A DNA stretch of 64,000 bases from Bacterioplanoides sp. (GTDB lineage: Bacteria > Pseudomonadota > Gammaproteobacteria > Pseudomonadales > Oceanobacteraceae), in NCBI RefSeq assembly GCF_965200585.1, contig NZ_OZ241361.1. The stretch is one strand, 5' to 3'. Of this stretch, positions 39,154 through 51,059 are shown in pieces (within the stretch, counting starts at the first letter, position 1; each line of letters begins with the position of its first letter). Position numbers and translations under genes: made by a program. Below the pieces are notes generated by a model that was not told the origin of the DNA, did no database searches, and saw only the letters and a program-made list of their open reading frames with translations.

Positions 39154-39711
39154 TTATTTCAAAGCAAATAATTCGGCCAGCTCATCGGTATTTTTCACCC
39201 GCAGCATCGGCTTCTGATGATGTGAAAAACCCGTCTTTTGCACGTGCTGTAATAAGTCAAAAAACGGCTGCCAGAACTCATTAATATCAAAACAGATCAC
39301 TGGTTTATCGTGATCACCAATACCTGACCAACACCAGATTTCGATTAACTCATCCAGTGTGCCAATGCCACCCGGCAGGGCAATAAAAGCATCCGCCAGC
39401 TCAGCCATACGCGCTTTGCGGTCGTGCATACTGTCGGCGTGCTCCAGGCGAGTCAGCTCTTGATGAGCGGTTTCGCGGATGTACATATTGTCAGGCATCA
39501 CCCCAATCACTTCACCACCGGCTTCCAGCGCGGCATCAGCAATCACTCCCATTAAACCGTTACGGCCACCACCATACACAACGCCAATGCCCTGTTGTGC
39601 TAACCAGCTGGCTAATGCTTTGGCGCCTTGTTCAAACGCCGGGTTATTGCCGTGTTTAGCGCCACAATAAATAGCGACTCGCTTTGGGGTCTTTTGTGTC
39701 ATTGCTGTCAT
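39154..39711 (-). CDS. LOG-family (TIGR00730) nucleotide phosphoribohydrolase
   Basis: GGGRNGLMG and PGGIGTLDEL motifs. Confidence 0.85.
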   Translation of the reverse strand: MTAMTQKTPKRVAIYCGAKHGNNPAFEQGAKALASWLAQQGIGVVYGGGRNGLMGVIADAALEAGGEVIGVMPDNMYIRETAHQELTRLEHADSMHDRKARMAELADAFIALPGGIGTLDELIEIWCWSGIGDHDKPVICFDINEFWQPFFDLLQHVQKTGFSHHQKPMLRVKNTDELAELFALK

Positions 39712-39870
39712 CTCTCTCGCACTTTTGGGCTCAGCTTATATCAGCTGAGTATTTATGGCGAAATTATTAGTTTTAGTCATGCTAAAACTACGATTTTAAC
39801 GGCGTTTCTGAGTGCTCTGCTCTAGCATCGGAAACAGGTTCTTAAATCCTGACTGAAAAACGGTACGCCG

Positions 39871-40131
39871 TTGAGGAGTTCGATTATGGCTAAGATGTCA
39901 TTTCGTTTTATGACCGAAGTAGAAGTTGAGTTAAAAGGCGACAGCTACGAAGAAATTTATCTGATGCTGAAAGATATGATGCATGGCGATCGTGCGATCA
40001 GCAGCCAGAGTAATGTGAAGGTTTTCCCGCCGGAAGACAGCGCCATGTTTTTCAGCATGGAAGGGGAGCAGGACTTACATCAGATTCCTCATTTTAAAGG
40101 CGATTTTAAACGGGATATTCTTGAGCATTAA
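39871..40131 (+). CDS. hypothetical small protein
   Basis: ORF only. Start uncertain. Confidence 0.35.
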   Translation: MRSSIMAKMSFRFMTEVEVELKGDSYEEIYLMLKDMMHGDRAISSQSNVKVFPPEDSAMFFSMEGEQDLHQIPHFKGDFKRDILEH

Positions 40132-40144
40132 TGGTTTATCATAG

Positions 40145-40705
<561 letters not shown>

Positions 40706-40798
40706 TATTGGCGAAGACTGGTATTAAGGTCTGTTAACACGAAACAGTATCAACGAGTGGGTGTCGAATAATAACAATCATCACTCAGGGTACTCACC

Positions 40799-41776
40799 AT
40801 GCTCAAACTGCTCCGCTTGCCAGTGATTCTGGCATTATTGTGTTTAACTGGCTGTGCCAGCACTCAGGATTCTCTTTTTAACCTCGGCCTGAAAGCCGAA
40901 CGATCCATGTCCGATCTGACGCTGAAACGCATACGGGTTGCTGATCACGATTGGGTCTATCTGGACTCTGAAGTTAAACAAAAGCCCACCATCTTATTGT
41001 TGCACGGCTTTGCCGTTGATAAAGATAACTGGCTGCGTTTTGCCCGTTACTTTGACGATTACCGCGTGATTGCTCCGGATCTGCCAGGCCATGGAGAAAC
41101 CAGCTTTAACCCAGAATATACCTACGATTTTGCCCAGCAAGCGGCGTGGTTGGCGGAGTTTGTTGAAGCGCTGGAATTAAACGAACTGCATCTGGTGGGT
41201 AACTCCATGGGGGGTGGTATTGCACTGCTGTACAGCCACTCACAGCCGGAGCGGGTGCGCTCTATTACGCTGGTCGATGCCGCTGGTGTATTGCCACCCA
41301 ATAAATCAGAATTTCAGACCATTATTGATAATGGTGGCAAGAATCCACTGATTGTGAACAGCAAAGACGATTTTATTCACTTGAGTGAATTCGCCATGGA
41401 GCAACAGCCGTTTCTGCCCTGGCCGGCAACCAATGTGTTATCCCGTCGTGCGCAGTTACGTAATGATATTAATCACCAGATTTTCGCTGATATTCAGGCC
41501 GTTGCCGAAGAAGCCAAGCGCAGTGATGACAACCTGAAAATGCTACAACAAATTAAAGAGCCGGTACTGATTATCTGGGGTGAAGAAGACCGGGTGCTGG
41601 ATGTCAGCAGTGTGCAGGTGTTTGAGCAATATCTGCCAGATAGCCGCAGCGTGATCTTTCCGGAAGTAGGCCATGCTCCGATGTTAGAAATTCCACAGGA
41701 AAGTGCGGAAGTGGTATTGGAATTTGTTGAGGAAGTTGAAGCACGCTCGTCGTCAGCACTGGCTGGCAGCGAATAA
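40799..41776 (+). CDS. alpha/beta-hydrolase lipoprotein
   Basis: Lipobox LTGC, oxyanion motif HGF, nucleophile elbow GNSMGG. Confidence 0.75.
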   Translation: MLKLLRLPVILALLCLTGCASTQDSLFNLGLKAERSMSDLTLKRIRVADHDWVYLDSEVKQKPTILLLHGFAVDKDNWLRFARYFDDYRVIAPDLPGHGETSFNPEYTYDFAQQAAWLAEFVEALELNELHLVGNSMGGGIALLYSHSQPERVRSITLVDAAGVLPPNKSEFQTIIDNGGKNPLIVNSKDDFIHLSEFAMEQQPFLPWPATNVLSRRAQLRNDINHQIFADIQAVAEEAKRSDDNLKMLQQIKEPVLIIWGEEDRVLDVSSVQVFEQYLPDSRSVIFPEVGHAPMLEIPQESAEVVLEFVEEVEARSSSALAGSE

Positions 41777-41791
41777 CCAGATGTTAACAAT

Positions 41792-41823
41792 AAAAAAAGA
41801 GCTCTGAACCTGTGATTCAGAGC
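41792..41823 (-). terminator. rho-independent terminator of mltF
   Basis: gctctgaa / ttcagagc stem, followed by a T7 run on the minus strand. Confidence 0.65.
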
Positions 41824-41858
41824 CCGAAAACTCGTTTAATGCCATTCAAAAACGGTAC

Positions 41859-43295
41859 TTAAAGGAGTGGAGGAATCACCGTCACGGTTGAAGAAGACAA
41901 CATGATTGACTCCTCCTCCTGTGGGAAAACAGGGTGCTGTTCATCTTGCCACACCAGAACATCATAATAACGACGAATGTTCTGCACATAGTCCACAGGC
42001 TCCTGCCCGCGTGCATAACCATGGGTGGTTTTACGGTAATAGCGTTTCTGGCTTAACAACGGCAATGTTTCCATTACGTCGTGCCATAAATTCGGGTCGC
42101 CGCCCATTTTAAGGGTCAGCTTGCGGGCGTCACGTAAGTGACCAAAACCCACGTTATAAGCGGCCATCGCCATCCAGGTACGATCCGGCTCCTGAACATC
42201 GCTGCCTAAACGCTTACGCAATTTAGCCAGGTAACGGCTGCCACCTTCGATACTTTGTTTCGGGTCCAGGCGGTTTTTAATGCCCAGTTCTCTGGCAGTA
42301 TTACGGGTTAACATCATCAGGCCGCGTACACCGGTAAAACTTTTGGCGCGTGGATTCCAGTGGCTTTCCTGATAGCCCATCGCCGCTAATAAGCGCCAGT
42401 CAAATTCATGTTGATCAGCTGCTTTCTGAAACTCACTTTTATACCGATCCAGCTTCTTCTCGGTTTGTTTCAGGAAGCGTTTGGCACCGACATAATTAAG
42501 CTGATCCAGATGACCATAAAAACGTTCAGAGAGACGCAGTAACTTAGCCTGAGTTTGTGGCAGGTTAAAAAACTCTTCTGCCGCCAGATGCAGGCTGTTG
42601 TCGCGCGAATGTTCAAAAGCCCAGGCCACGTTTTGTTTTTCAGTCAGGTCAAATGCAATCGCCAGATTCGGGAAATAAGCCTGCAGCATTCTGAACTCGT
42701 TTGAGTCCACCACGGTGAAGTCGATATTGCCGGTTGCTACCATTTGCAGCAGGTCGCTGACTTCCAGATCGGCACCTTCACTCCAGGTCAGTTCGGGCAA
42801 TTCATTAGCCTGTAATGCACGCAACCGTTGAGAGTGACTGGATTGTGCTGATACCACCAGTTGTCCCTGGCTCAGATCAGCGATGGCTTTGGGTTTGAGG
42901 CCACCACGACGATAAATAATCTGACCGCTACTCGTCAGGTAAGATGGAGCAAAATGTACCCGGCGTTGACGCTTCTCGGTAACGGTTAAACCTGCTGCGG
43001 CAAAGGCTGCCTGACCTTTATCTAATATCGGAAAAATATCCGCAGTGGAATCTGCCAGTACAACCTTTAATTCCACACCCAGATAATCAGCAAAGCTTTT
43101 TGCTAACTCGTACTCATAACCCGTAACACCACTGCGATCTTCATAATAAGTGGTTGGGCTGTTACGGCTGACCATGGTGATATCACCACGCATCAGAGTT
43201 TCCTGCAGGTTTGACGGGCGCACGCTCCCCGTTAGTACCAAAATGCACATAACGGAGAGTAGCGATTTGATAATCAGACTAAATGAGCCGGACAT
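41859..43295 (-). CDS. mltF: membrane-bound lytic murein transglycosylase F
   Basis: N-terminal solute-binding-like domain plus an SLT domain (YQESHWNPRAKSFTGVRGLMMLT); gamma-type synteny. Confidence 0.88.
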   Translation of the reverse strand: MSGSFSLIIKSLLSVMCILVLTGSVRPSNLQETLMRGDITMVSRNSPTTYYEDRSGVTGYEYELAKSFADYLGVELKVVLADSTADIFPILDKGQAAFAAAGLTVTEKRQRRVHFAPSYLTSSGQIIYRRGGLKPKAIADLSQGQLVVSAQSSHSQRLRALQANELPELTWSEGADLEVSDLLQMVATGNIDFTVVDSNEFRMLQAYFPNLAIAFDLTEKQNVAWAFEHSRDNSLHLAAEEFFNLPQTQAKLLRLSERFYGHLDQLNYVGAKRFLKQTEKKLDRYKSEFQKAADQHEFDWRLLAAMGYQESHWNPRAKSFTGVRGLMMLTRNTARELGIKNRLDPKQSIEGGSRYLAKLRKRLGSDVQEPDRTWMAMAAYNVGFGHLRDARKLTLKMGGDPNLWHDVMETLPLLSQKRYYRKTTHGYARGQEPVDYVQNIRRYYDVLVWQDEQHPVFPQEEESIMLSSSTVTVIPPLL

Positions 43296-43789
43296 CCCGA
43301 TAAAACCTTTATTTTTGCACTTATTTGGTGCATTTCGTAAATTGATGAGCCATTTTATCTTGTCGATTGCTTAAAAAACAACCGACTAACTGTGTAATCT
43401 TGCAAAATGACTGTAGGTTCTCGTAAGGAATGTGACGCAAGTCCTTGAAAATCAGTGGTTTTCAGCGATGTGGGAAAATTTGTCTTATTTTGTTAATAAA
43501 AATGGAACAAATCTGGTTTCATGAATGTTTTTATCAGTAAAAATCAAAGATTTCAGGCCCTGGTTGACCAAGTTCTGGGCGGCTTATATCGGATGAGTCG
43601 GTGCTGAAAGATTGTCTCTCTGGTCAGCTTTGATTGCCTGATAACCAATCCTTTGCTGGTGTTTCTTAAAAGAGCAGAAAATACGTAGTTATACCAAGTG
43701 AAAGCCGGGTTCTGATCTGGTGCCACAAACACCTCTCCGGTATTATTCGCGCTTCGTTTTTGCCTCACTCTTCGTGGAGTTATCCCGCA

Positions 43790-46700
43790 ATGCTAGAGCT
43801 GCGTGGCGCGCCAGCGCTTTCTGAATTCCGTCAGAATAAAGTCCTGTCAAAACTGCAATCGGTTGTACCGGCTGTTACTTCTGTTTATGCCGAATTTGTG
43901 CATTTTGCTGATACCAGCGCCGAGCTGGATGGCAATGAATTACAGGTTCTGGCCCGTTTGCTGAAATATGGCCCTAAAGCTGACGTTAAAGAAGGCAGTG
44001 GCGAAGAGTTTTTGGTGGTACCACTTTTTGGCACCATTTCGCCGTGGTCTTCTAAAGCATCGGATATCGCCCACAACTGTGGTTTAGATAAAGTACTGCG
44101 TTTAGAACGTGGCATCGTTTATTACGTTGAAGGCGCTCAAGAGAGTGATCGTGACGCCATCGCTGCTGCTCTGCACGACCGCATGGTTGAAACCGTACTG
44201 GCTGATAGTGGTGATGCTGAAAATCTGTTCTCCCACGCTGAACCTGCGCCATTAGATACCGTTGATATTCTGGCCGGCGGTCGCGACGCTTTGGTTGCAG
44301 CGGATAAGAGCTTAGGTTTAGCTCTGGCCGAAGATGAAATTGATTATCTGGTTGATAACTACAAGATTCTCGACCGTAACCCGACGGATGTGGAACTGAT
44401 GATGTTCGCCCAAGCGAACTCTGAGCACTGCCGTCACAAGATCTTTAATGCCAGCTGGACCATTGACGGCGAAGATCAGGACAAGTCACTGTTCCAGATG
44501 ATTAAGAACACCTACGAGTGTTACAACGAGAACATTCTGTCGGCTTATAAAGACAACGCTTCTGTGATTACTGGCCACAAAGCCGGTCGTTTCTTCCCCA
44601 ATCCTTCTAATAAAGGTTATGCATACCACGAAGAAGATATGCATATCCTGATGAAGGTTGAAACCCATAACCACCCAACCGCAATTGCACCACACTCCGG
44701 TGCGGCGACCGGTTCTGGTGGTGAGATCCGTGACGAAGGGGCAACCGGCCGTGGTTCCAAGCCAAAAGCAGGTCTAACCGGTTTTACTGTATCCGACTTA
44801 AAAATCCCGGGCTTCGAACAGCCATGGGAAAGCCAGTATGGCAAGCCAGACCGCATTGTGTCTGCTCTGGATATTATGCTGGAAGGCCCGATTGGTGGGG
44901 CGGCATTTAACAACGAATTTGGTCGTCCGGCGTTGAACGGTTACTTCCGTACTTTCGAGCTGCAACACGACGGTGAAGTTCGTGGTTACCACAAGCCAAT
45001 TATGATTGCCGGTGGTTACGGCAACATCCGTGACGAGCACGTACAAAAAGGTGATATCCCGGTTGGCGCTCGCCTGATCGCACTGGGTGGCCCGGCGATG
45101 CAAATTGGCCTGGGTGGCGGTGCAGCGTCTTCTATGTCGTCCGGTCAATCGAACGCCGACCTGGACTTTGCTTCTGTTCAGCGTGAAAACCCGGAAATGG
45201 AACGTCGTTGTCAGGAAGTGATCGACCGCTGCTGGCAGCTGGGTGATGAAAACCCAATTGCCTTTATTCACGATGTAGGTGCCGGTGGTTTATCTAACGC
45301 CTTCCCTGAGCTGGTTGGCGACGGTGGTCGTGGTGGTAACTTCGAGCTGCGTAACGTGCCCAATGACGAACCGGGCATGAGTCCGCTGGCGATCTGGTCG
45401 AACGAATCTCAGGAACGCTATGTAATGGCGGTTGCTGAAGAAGATATGGATACGTTCGATGCCATCTGTGAGCGTGAGCGCTGCCCATACGCAGTTGTAG
45501 GTTACGCCACCGAAGAAGAACACCTGACCGTTACCGACAGCCACTTCGACAATAAACCGGTTGATCTGCCATTACAGGTTCTGCTGGGCAAACCGCCACG
45601 TATGCACCGTGATGTGAAGTCTCGCGAGGTGAAAGCCGAGAACTTCGAAAGCGCCGGTATCAAGCTGGCAGAAGCAGCTGAGCGTGTTCTGAAATTACCA
45701 ACCGTTGCTTCCAAAAGCTTCCTGATCACCATTGGTGACCGTTCCATTACTGGTACCGTGGCACGAGATCAGTTTGTTGGCCCATGGCAGGTGCCGGTGG
45801 CTGACGTGGCGGTGACAACGTCTTCTTACGATAACTACGCGGGCGAAGCGATGGCGATGGGTGAGCGTACTCCGGTTGCTCTGCTGGATAGCCCAGCGTC
45901 TGGTCGTTTAGCGGTAGCCGAAGCGATTACTAACCTAGCGGCTGCGCCAATTGCCAAACTGGCTGATGTAAAAATGTCGGCTAACTGGATGTGTGCCGCA
46001 GGCCACGACGGTGAAGATCAGAAGTTATACGAAACAGTAAAAGCGGTAGGTATGGAGCTGTGCCCAGAACTGCAGGTAACCATCCCTGTGGGTAAAGACT
46101 CCATGTCGATGAAGACTCGCTGGCAAGAAGACGGAACCGACAAAGCCGTTACCGCGCCCATGTCGCTGATTATCACCGGCTTTGCACCCGTGACCGACGC
46201 GCGCAAAGTACTGACGCCTCAACTGCGTGCTGACCAAGGCGAGACAGATTTATTACTGATCGACCTGGGTCGTGGTCAGAACCGTTTAGGTGCTTCCTGT
46301 CTGGCACAGGTTTACGGTGAAGTGGGTAGCGTACCGGCAGATTTAGATGATGCCGAAGACCTGAAAGCTTTCTTCGCCGTGATGCAGGGCTTAAACGCCG
46401 ACAACAAACTGCTGGCTTACCACGACCGTTCCGACGGTGGTTTATTCGCCACCCTGACCGAAATGTCCTTCGCCGGTCATGTCGGTATGGATATTAAGAT
46501 GGATCTGCTGGCGGAATCTGAAGACGATCTTGCCGCTGCGCTGTTCGCAGAAGAGCTGGGTGGTGTGATTCAGGTTCGTCGTGACGATCTTGAAGAAGTA
46601 CTGGCTCAGTTCGAAGCAGCTGGCCTGGGTGACTGTACTCAGGTGATTGGTAGCGTGAACGAAGACGACCAGATTACCTTCAGCTTCCAGGATGAAGAAT

Positions 46701-47677
46701 TCCTGACTGAATCCCGTGTGAATTGGCAGCGTATCTGGTCGCAAACCAGCTACGAAATGCAAGCACTGCGTGACAACGCAGATTGCGCGAAACAAGAATT
46801 CGACACCCTGCTGGATGCCGAAGATCCGGGCTTAAATGCTGAGCTGTCTTTTGATATCAACGAAGATATTACTTCTGATTTGCCAGCCGCAGGTTCTGAA
46901 GATGCTCCAAAAGTCGCGATTCTGCGTGAGCAGGGTGTGAACGGCCAGATCGAAATGGCCGCCGCCTTTGATCGTGCTGGCTTCACCACCATCGACGTAC
47001 ATATGAGTGACGTACTGTCGGGTGCCGTAACGCTGGATCAGTTCCGTGGTTTAGTGGCCTGTGGCGGCTTCTCCTACGGTGACGTATTAGGTGCGGGTGA
47101 AGGTTGGGCCAAGTCCATCCTGTTTAACGAACAGGCGCGCAGCCAGTTTGCCGCTTTCTTCGAGCGTGCTGATACCTTCGCACTGGGTGTGTGTAATGGC
47201 TGTCAGATGCTGTCGAACCTACACGAACTGATTCCGGGTGCCGAGCACTGGCCACACTTTGTTCGCAATATGAGCGAACAGTTTGAAGCGCGTGTTTCTA
47301 TGGTAGAAATTCAGGAATCGGATTCGGTATTCCTGGCAGGCATGGCTGGCTCACAAATGCCAATCGCTGTGGCACACGGTGAGGGTCGTGCGGAATTTGC
47401 TGACGAAGCGGATATCGATGAGCTGGCGGGCCAGATTGCCCTGCGTTATGTGAATAACTACGGCGAAACCACTGAGCAATACCCGGCGAACCCGAACGGC
47501 TCTCCACAAGGTATTACTGGCCTGACCGCGAATGATGGTCGAGTAACCATTATGATGCCGCACCCAGAGCGTGTATTCCGTGCGGTTCAGAACAGCTGGG
47601 CACCGGATCACTGGGATGAAGACGGCGCCTGGATGCGTATGTTCCGTAACGCGCGTGTGTGGTGTGAGGAGAACTAA
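43790..47677 (+). CDS. purL: phosphoribosylformylglycinamidine synthase (large single-chain form)
   Basis: About 1295 aa, with a C-terminal GATase domain (GVCNGCQM) and [14 protein letters not shown] at the N-terminus. Confidence 0.96.
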   Translation: MLELRGAPALSEFRQNKVLSKLQSVVPAVTSVYAEFVHFADTSAELDGNELQVLARLLKYGPKADVKEGSGEEFLVVPLFGTISPWSSKASDIAHNCGLDKVLRLERGIVYYVEGAQESDRDAIAAALHDRMVETVLADSGDAENLFSHAEPAPLDTVDILAGGRDALVAADKSLGLALAEDEIDYLVDNYKILDRNPTDVELMMFAQANSEHCRHKIFNASWTIDGEDQDKSLFQMIKNTYECYNENILSAYKDNASVITGHKAGRFFPNPSNKGYAYHEEDMHILMKVETHNHPTAIAPHSGAATGSGGEIRDEGATGRGSKPKAGLTGFTVSDLKIPGFEQPWESQYGKPDRIVSALDIMLEGPIGGAAFNNEFGRPALNGYFRTFELQHDGEVRGYHKPIMIAGGYGNIRDEHVQKGDIPVGARLIALGGPAMQIGLGGGAASSMSSGQSNADLDFASVQRENPEMERRCQEVIDRCWQLGDENPIAFIHDVGAGGLSNAFPELVGDGGRGGNFELRNVPNDEPGMSPLAIWSNESQERYVMAVAEEDMDTFDAICERERCPYAVVGYATEEEHLTVTDSHFDNKPVDLPLQVLLGKPPRMHRDVKSREVKAENFESAGIKLAEAAERVLKLPTVASKSFLITIGDRSITGTVARDQFVGPWQVPVADVAVTTSSYDNYAGEAMAMGERTPVALLDSPASGRLAVAEAITNLAAAPIAKLADVKMSANWMCAAGHDGEDQKLYETVKAVGMELCPELQVTIPVGKDSMSMKTRWQEDGTDKAVTAPMSLIITGFAPVTDARKVLTPQLRADQGETDLLLIDLGRGQNRLGASCLAQVYGEVGSVPADLDDAEDLKAFFAVMQGLNADNKLLAYHDRSDGGLFATLTEMSFAGHVGMDIKMDLLAESEDDLAAALFAEELGGVIQVRRDDLEEVLAQFEAAGLGDCTQVIGSVNEDDQITFSFQDEEFLTESRVNWQRIWSQTSYEMQALRDNADCAKQEFDTLLDAEDPGLNAELSFDINEDITSDLPAAGSEDAPKVAILREQGVNGQIEMAAAFDRAGFTTIDVHMSDVLSGAVTLDQFRGLVACGGFSYGDVLGAGEGWAKSILFNEQARSQFAAFFERADTFALGVCNGCQMLSNLHELIPGAEHWPHFVRNMSEQFEARVSMVEIQESDSVFLAGMAGSQMPIAVAHGEGRAEFADEADIDELAGQIALRYVNNYGETTEQYPANPNGSPQGITGLTANDGRVTIMMPHPERVFRAVQNSWAPDHWDEDGAWMRMFRNARVWCEEN

Positions 47678-47713
47678 GGCTTTTTATTAAAGCTTTGGTT
47701 TAAAGGAAAAAGA

Positions 47714-47762
47714 AAACCCGCTGTTTGTCTTGTGGAAATAAGATAGGCAGCGGGTTTTTTGT
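47714..47762 (+). terminator. rho-independent terminator of purL
   Basis: aaacccgctg ... cagcgggttt stem, followed by a T-run. Confidence 0.65.
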
Positions 47763-47832
47763 GGTTTTCTTTTTTATGCTAGTTTTTTCGGTTTTGCGTC
47801 AATTATTATTAGAGGTGATTTGAGGGAAAAAT

Positions 47833-48390
47833 ATGGATCAAGGAAGAAAGTTGACTCAGCTAATTGAGCTTTGTAGAAATTTTTGTTGCCAATACTCTTG
47901 CTATGCTCTTGCAAAAGATAGCTGGCATGACTCCCCCGGAACCTTGCCAATCATTATTCATAATAACTTTTATGATATGGCTGTTTTAGATTTTATGAAA
48001 ATATTTGGCGATACAAATAATGACGATTTTCATTATCGAAAAGTATTATCAAATGTCGATACTGTGTATGAGGAGCTATTGAAAAATCTTGTTATTTCCC
48101 AGGAGCTTTGGAAAGCATATCGAGATGAGATAAAGGGATTTAGGGATAAAAGAATTGCTCACTGTGATAAAGAACGGCACATCGATGAACCCTGCTTAGA
48201 TATTGCATATTCAGCTATATCTACAATTTATGAAGCTGCAACTAAGGAGAAAAAGGAGGCTGGTCGACTTGTCTATGAGGATACATTGGATACTTATCGT
48301 GAAAGGAATTTAGTGTATTGGATTGTCTACGCTGAAGAATTAGCGAAGGCGTTTTTGAATGTAGAGCGGCAATGCCAGAAAAATAATTGA
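47833..48390 (+). CDS. hypothetical protein with HEPN-like Rx5H motif (FRDKRIAH)
   Basis: AT-rich ORF directly after the purL terminator. All-helical-looking sequence with a single R-x5-H motif. Confidence 0.6.
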   Translation: MDQGRKLTQLIELCRNFCCQYSCYALAKDSWHDSPGTLPIIIHNNFYDMAVLDFMKIFGDTNNDDFHYRKVLSNVDTVYEELLKNLVISQELWKAYRDEIKGFRDKRIAHCDKERHIDEPCLDIAYSAISTIYEAATKEKKEAGRLVYEDTLDTYRERNLVYWIVYAEELAKAFLNVERQCQKNN

Positions 48391-48475
48391 TCTTTTACTT
48401 TAACGGCGAGGTACCGTTATGCTGAGCTGAGCCCCGCGATACCCATAGATGCTCTGTAAGCCTGGAATTACCACC

Positions 48476-48625
48476 CTACGATTTTTTATGAACCGTAGTT
48501 CGGATAAGCGAAGCGCCCTTCGGCAATTTAATCTCAGCCGTTTGCTCAGCTTTCTGTTTATTCTTAAGAATATCGTCAGCCTGTTGGACACTTTGCATCA
48601 GAGATTCAAATAATTCGTCTTTCAT
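48476..48625 (-). pseudogene. truncated remnant resembling the N-terminus of an XRE/NadS-type antitoxin
   Basis: MKDELFESLMQSVQQADDILKNKQKAEQT matches the usual N-terminal leader of such antitoxins. The HTH part is missing. Confidence 0.3.
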
Positions 48626-48626
48626 A

Positions 48627-48929
48627 TCAGCTTCCCTCCCTCTCCAAAAAGGTCTCAACCTGAACCGCCAGCTTTAAGCCAAAAACCCCCAGTACTTTGC
48701 TAATGGTTTCCAATTTTGGATTGGCACCTTCCTCTAAGGATTTATACAAACTGGCGCGGGTCACTCCGGCTTTTTTAGCAACTTCCGTCATTCCTTTGGC
48801 ACGTGCCGCTACACCAAGGCAATAGACCAGATGTTGGGCGTTACCATCCTGAGCTGCTAGGCGCAGGTACTCCTGAATATCGGCTTCGGTTTCCAGATAA
48901 TCAGCGGCATCAAATGTTGTGGTATTCAT
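48627..48929 (-). CDS. addiction-module antidote protein (HTH, HigA-like; usual partner of a RelE/ParE-fold killer)
   Basis: FDAADYLETEADIQEYL...ARAKGMTEVAKKAGVTRASLYKSLEEGANPKLETISKVLGVFGLKL. Strong AGGAGG SD sequence before the ATG at 48929. Confidence 0.75.
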   Translation of the reverse strand: MNTTTFDAADYLETEADIQEYLRLAAQDGNAQHLVYCLGVAARAKGMTEVAKKAGVTRASLYKSLEEGANPKLETISKVLGVFGLKLAVQVETFLEREGS

Positions 48930-49369
48930 TTTATTCCTCCTGGCAACCAAGGTTGTATCTTGTCGGATACATATTTGGTTTGCAACTCAAGATAGCTCTA
49001 AAGACAGGAATGTCAGATAACGCTGCGTTTATCTATCCTACATAGTAAGAATCACGCACTTTGTTGATGAGGCGCCTCTAACACAGCTGCTGAATTCTTT
49101 TTAACCACTAATAATAGCAAGCGCTCCGGGCCTTATAGCGTACAGCGCTTCAATTTCAGTGAAGCGTAGCGCTTGTTTTGAGCCCAGTTAAATATTCAGC
49201 CTATTGCTTAGGTTTGTTATTATAGAGGTGTTTTATATTGTGTTTTTGACCGGTTCATTTCCGGTGCTAATGTATCCGTTTATTCGGATTTACCAGTGGC
49301 TGATGCGAGTTAAAAAACGGTGATATTAAAGTACAACATTTCAGGTAAATAACCAGCAAAGACCATATT

Positions 49370-49642
49370 ATGAAAACCTCCAAATCCCTTATCTATATCC
49401 TTGCCCTAGCTCTGTTTTCCTACGGTGCCATTGAACTAACCCTGCTGTTAGAGCAGCACCCGGGTGGTATTGCCGGAGCATTTGCCGACATGGGGACGTT
49501 TAATGTCATCGTTCTGTTCTGTCTGCCCCTGCTGGCGGTGGTATTTTCGGTGTATCCACCCTTGATGTACCCGTTTGTGGTGATGGGTTATCCGCTGATG
49601 TGGCTGTGGCGTAAGATCAGGAAGCCTGCAGCTAAGCACTAA
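49370..49642 (+). CDS. small membrane protein (90 aa)
   Basis: Three hydrophobic helices. The C-terminal motif LMYPF...W..K is repeated in a mini-ORF upstream. Confidence 0.35.
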   Translation: MKTSKSLIYILALALFSYGAIELTLLLEQHPGGIAGAFADMGTFNVIVLFCLPLLAVVFSVYPPLMYPFVVMGYPLMWLWRKIRKPAAKH

Positions 49643-49931
49643 ACCTAAGTATCAATAAGCCCAATTATGGGGCGCTAATAATAAATATCCCTTTAATGGT
49701 GCATAAAAATAAGACGCATTCCTATTAGATCTTCAATGCTGAGGATTCTTCTCTCCTGATTTCTCTTACGTGACAATTGTGACAATTCCTGCAGCGCCTG
49801 CAATAGCAGGGTTTATGAGTCAGCTGTGGCTGAGTAAAGGATTAATTACCAACTCTGATAACGATCGCTGGCACACTAGCTGCTCTGTCCGGTATTACCA
49901 AAACTAAAAATAGTAATACCGGGAGTGACCT

Positions 49932-50903
49932 ATGAAAATCCGTAAGCATTTGTTCGGTTCTTTATTTGCGGGCCTGTTAATGGCTGGCAGTGCAGTGGCT
50001 GAACCTCTGAAAATCGGCTACAGCGATTGGCCAGGTTGGGTGGCCTGGGAAATCGCCATCGAAAAAGATATGTTTGATAAAGCGGGCGTTGAAGTCGAGT
50101 TCGAGTGGTTCGATTATGTCGCCAGTATGGATGCCTTTGCTGCGGGTAAGCTGGATGCGGTTGCAATGACCAATGGTGACGCACTGGTAACCGGTTCAAC
50201 CGGTGCTCAGAATGTGATGATTCTTGTGAACGATTACAGTAACGGCAACGATATGATTGTTGCTGCACCAGGCATCACCTCCGTTAAAGAATTAAAAGGC
50301 AAAAAAATTGGTGTTGAAATCGGCTTTGTCGGTCACCTGTTATTGCTGAATGCACTGGAAAAAAATGGCCTGACCGAAGCGGATGTTGAACTGGTAAATG
50401 TACCAACCAACGAAACGCCTCAGGTTCTGGCATCGGGTCAGGTTGATGCGGTTGTGGCATGGCAGCCAAACTCTGGTCAGGCATTGGAACTGGTACCGGG
50501 CTCAACCCGTGTTTACTCCAGTGCCGATGAGCCGGGCCTGATTTATGACGTACTGGCTGTTTCTCCGGAAAGTCTGGCCGCTAACCGTGATGAGTGGAAA
50601 AAAGTTCTGGAAGCCTGGTACATGGCAGTGGATTACCTGAACGATCCAAAAACCCGTGAAGAAGCGATCAGCATTATGTCTGCCCGTGTGGGCCTGGAGC
50701 CTGAAGTGTATAAAGGCTTTATTGATGGCACTCAGATTCTGACGCTGGAACAGGCTAAGCCAATTCTGAAAAAAGCCAACGGCTTTAAGTCTCTGTACGG
50801 CTCCAGCAAAATTGCCGATGACTTTAATGTTGATAATAAAGTCTATGAAACTGCTCAGCCATTGGACAGCTATATCGACACTTCTCTGATGGAATCACTG
50901 TGA
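49932..50903 (+). CDS. ABC transporter substrate-binding protein (NMT1/sulfonate-nitrate-taurine-like)
   Basis: Signal peptide, family-like fold length, and operon context with a permease and ATPase. Confidence 0.75.
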   Translation: MKIRKHLFGSLFAGLLMAGSAVAEPLKIGYSDWPGWVAWEIAIEKDMFDKAGVEVEFEWFDYVASMDAFAAGKLDAVAMTNGDALVTGSTGAQNVMILVNDYSNGNDMIVAAPGITSVKELKGKKIGVEIGFVGHLLLLNALEKNGLTEADVELVNVPTNETPQVLASGQVDAVVAWQPNSGQALELVPGSTRVYSSADEPGLIYDVLAVSPESLAANRDEWKKVLEAWYMAVDYLNDPKTREEAISIMSARVGLEPEVYKGFIDGTQILTLEQAKPILKKANGFKSLYGSSKIADDFNVDNKVYETAQPLDSYIDTSLMESL

Positions 50904-51059
50904 TTTAACACTCAGTGATATAAGCCCGGCCCTCTTGATTGTTAATAGCTGACTGTTAATAACTTGCAGTTAATTTGCCTGCTATTAAAAAAGAGGGCCA
51001 CGGGCTCTGAAATAATCTCTTTTTGTTTTTAATATATTCTTTACCGAGAAGGCGCAGTT

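Noticed and set aside
43296-43789. A PurR operator in the long mltF-purL intergenic region.
   Set aside because: Only a half-site-like acgcaa (around 43435) was seen, with no 16-bp palindrome resembling ACGCAAACGTTTGCGT.
43885-47611. Many antisense ORFs of 60-160 aa inside purL. Similar ones occur inside mfd (26934-30322), sufB, the DUF349 gene, and the region at 32020-32502.
   Set aside because: They lie opposite long, well-supported genes, lack motifs, and have Arg/Pro/Ser-rich low-complexity translations typical of shadow ORFs.
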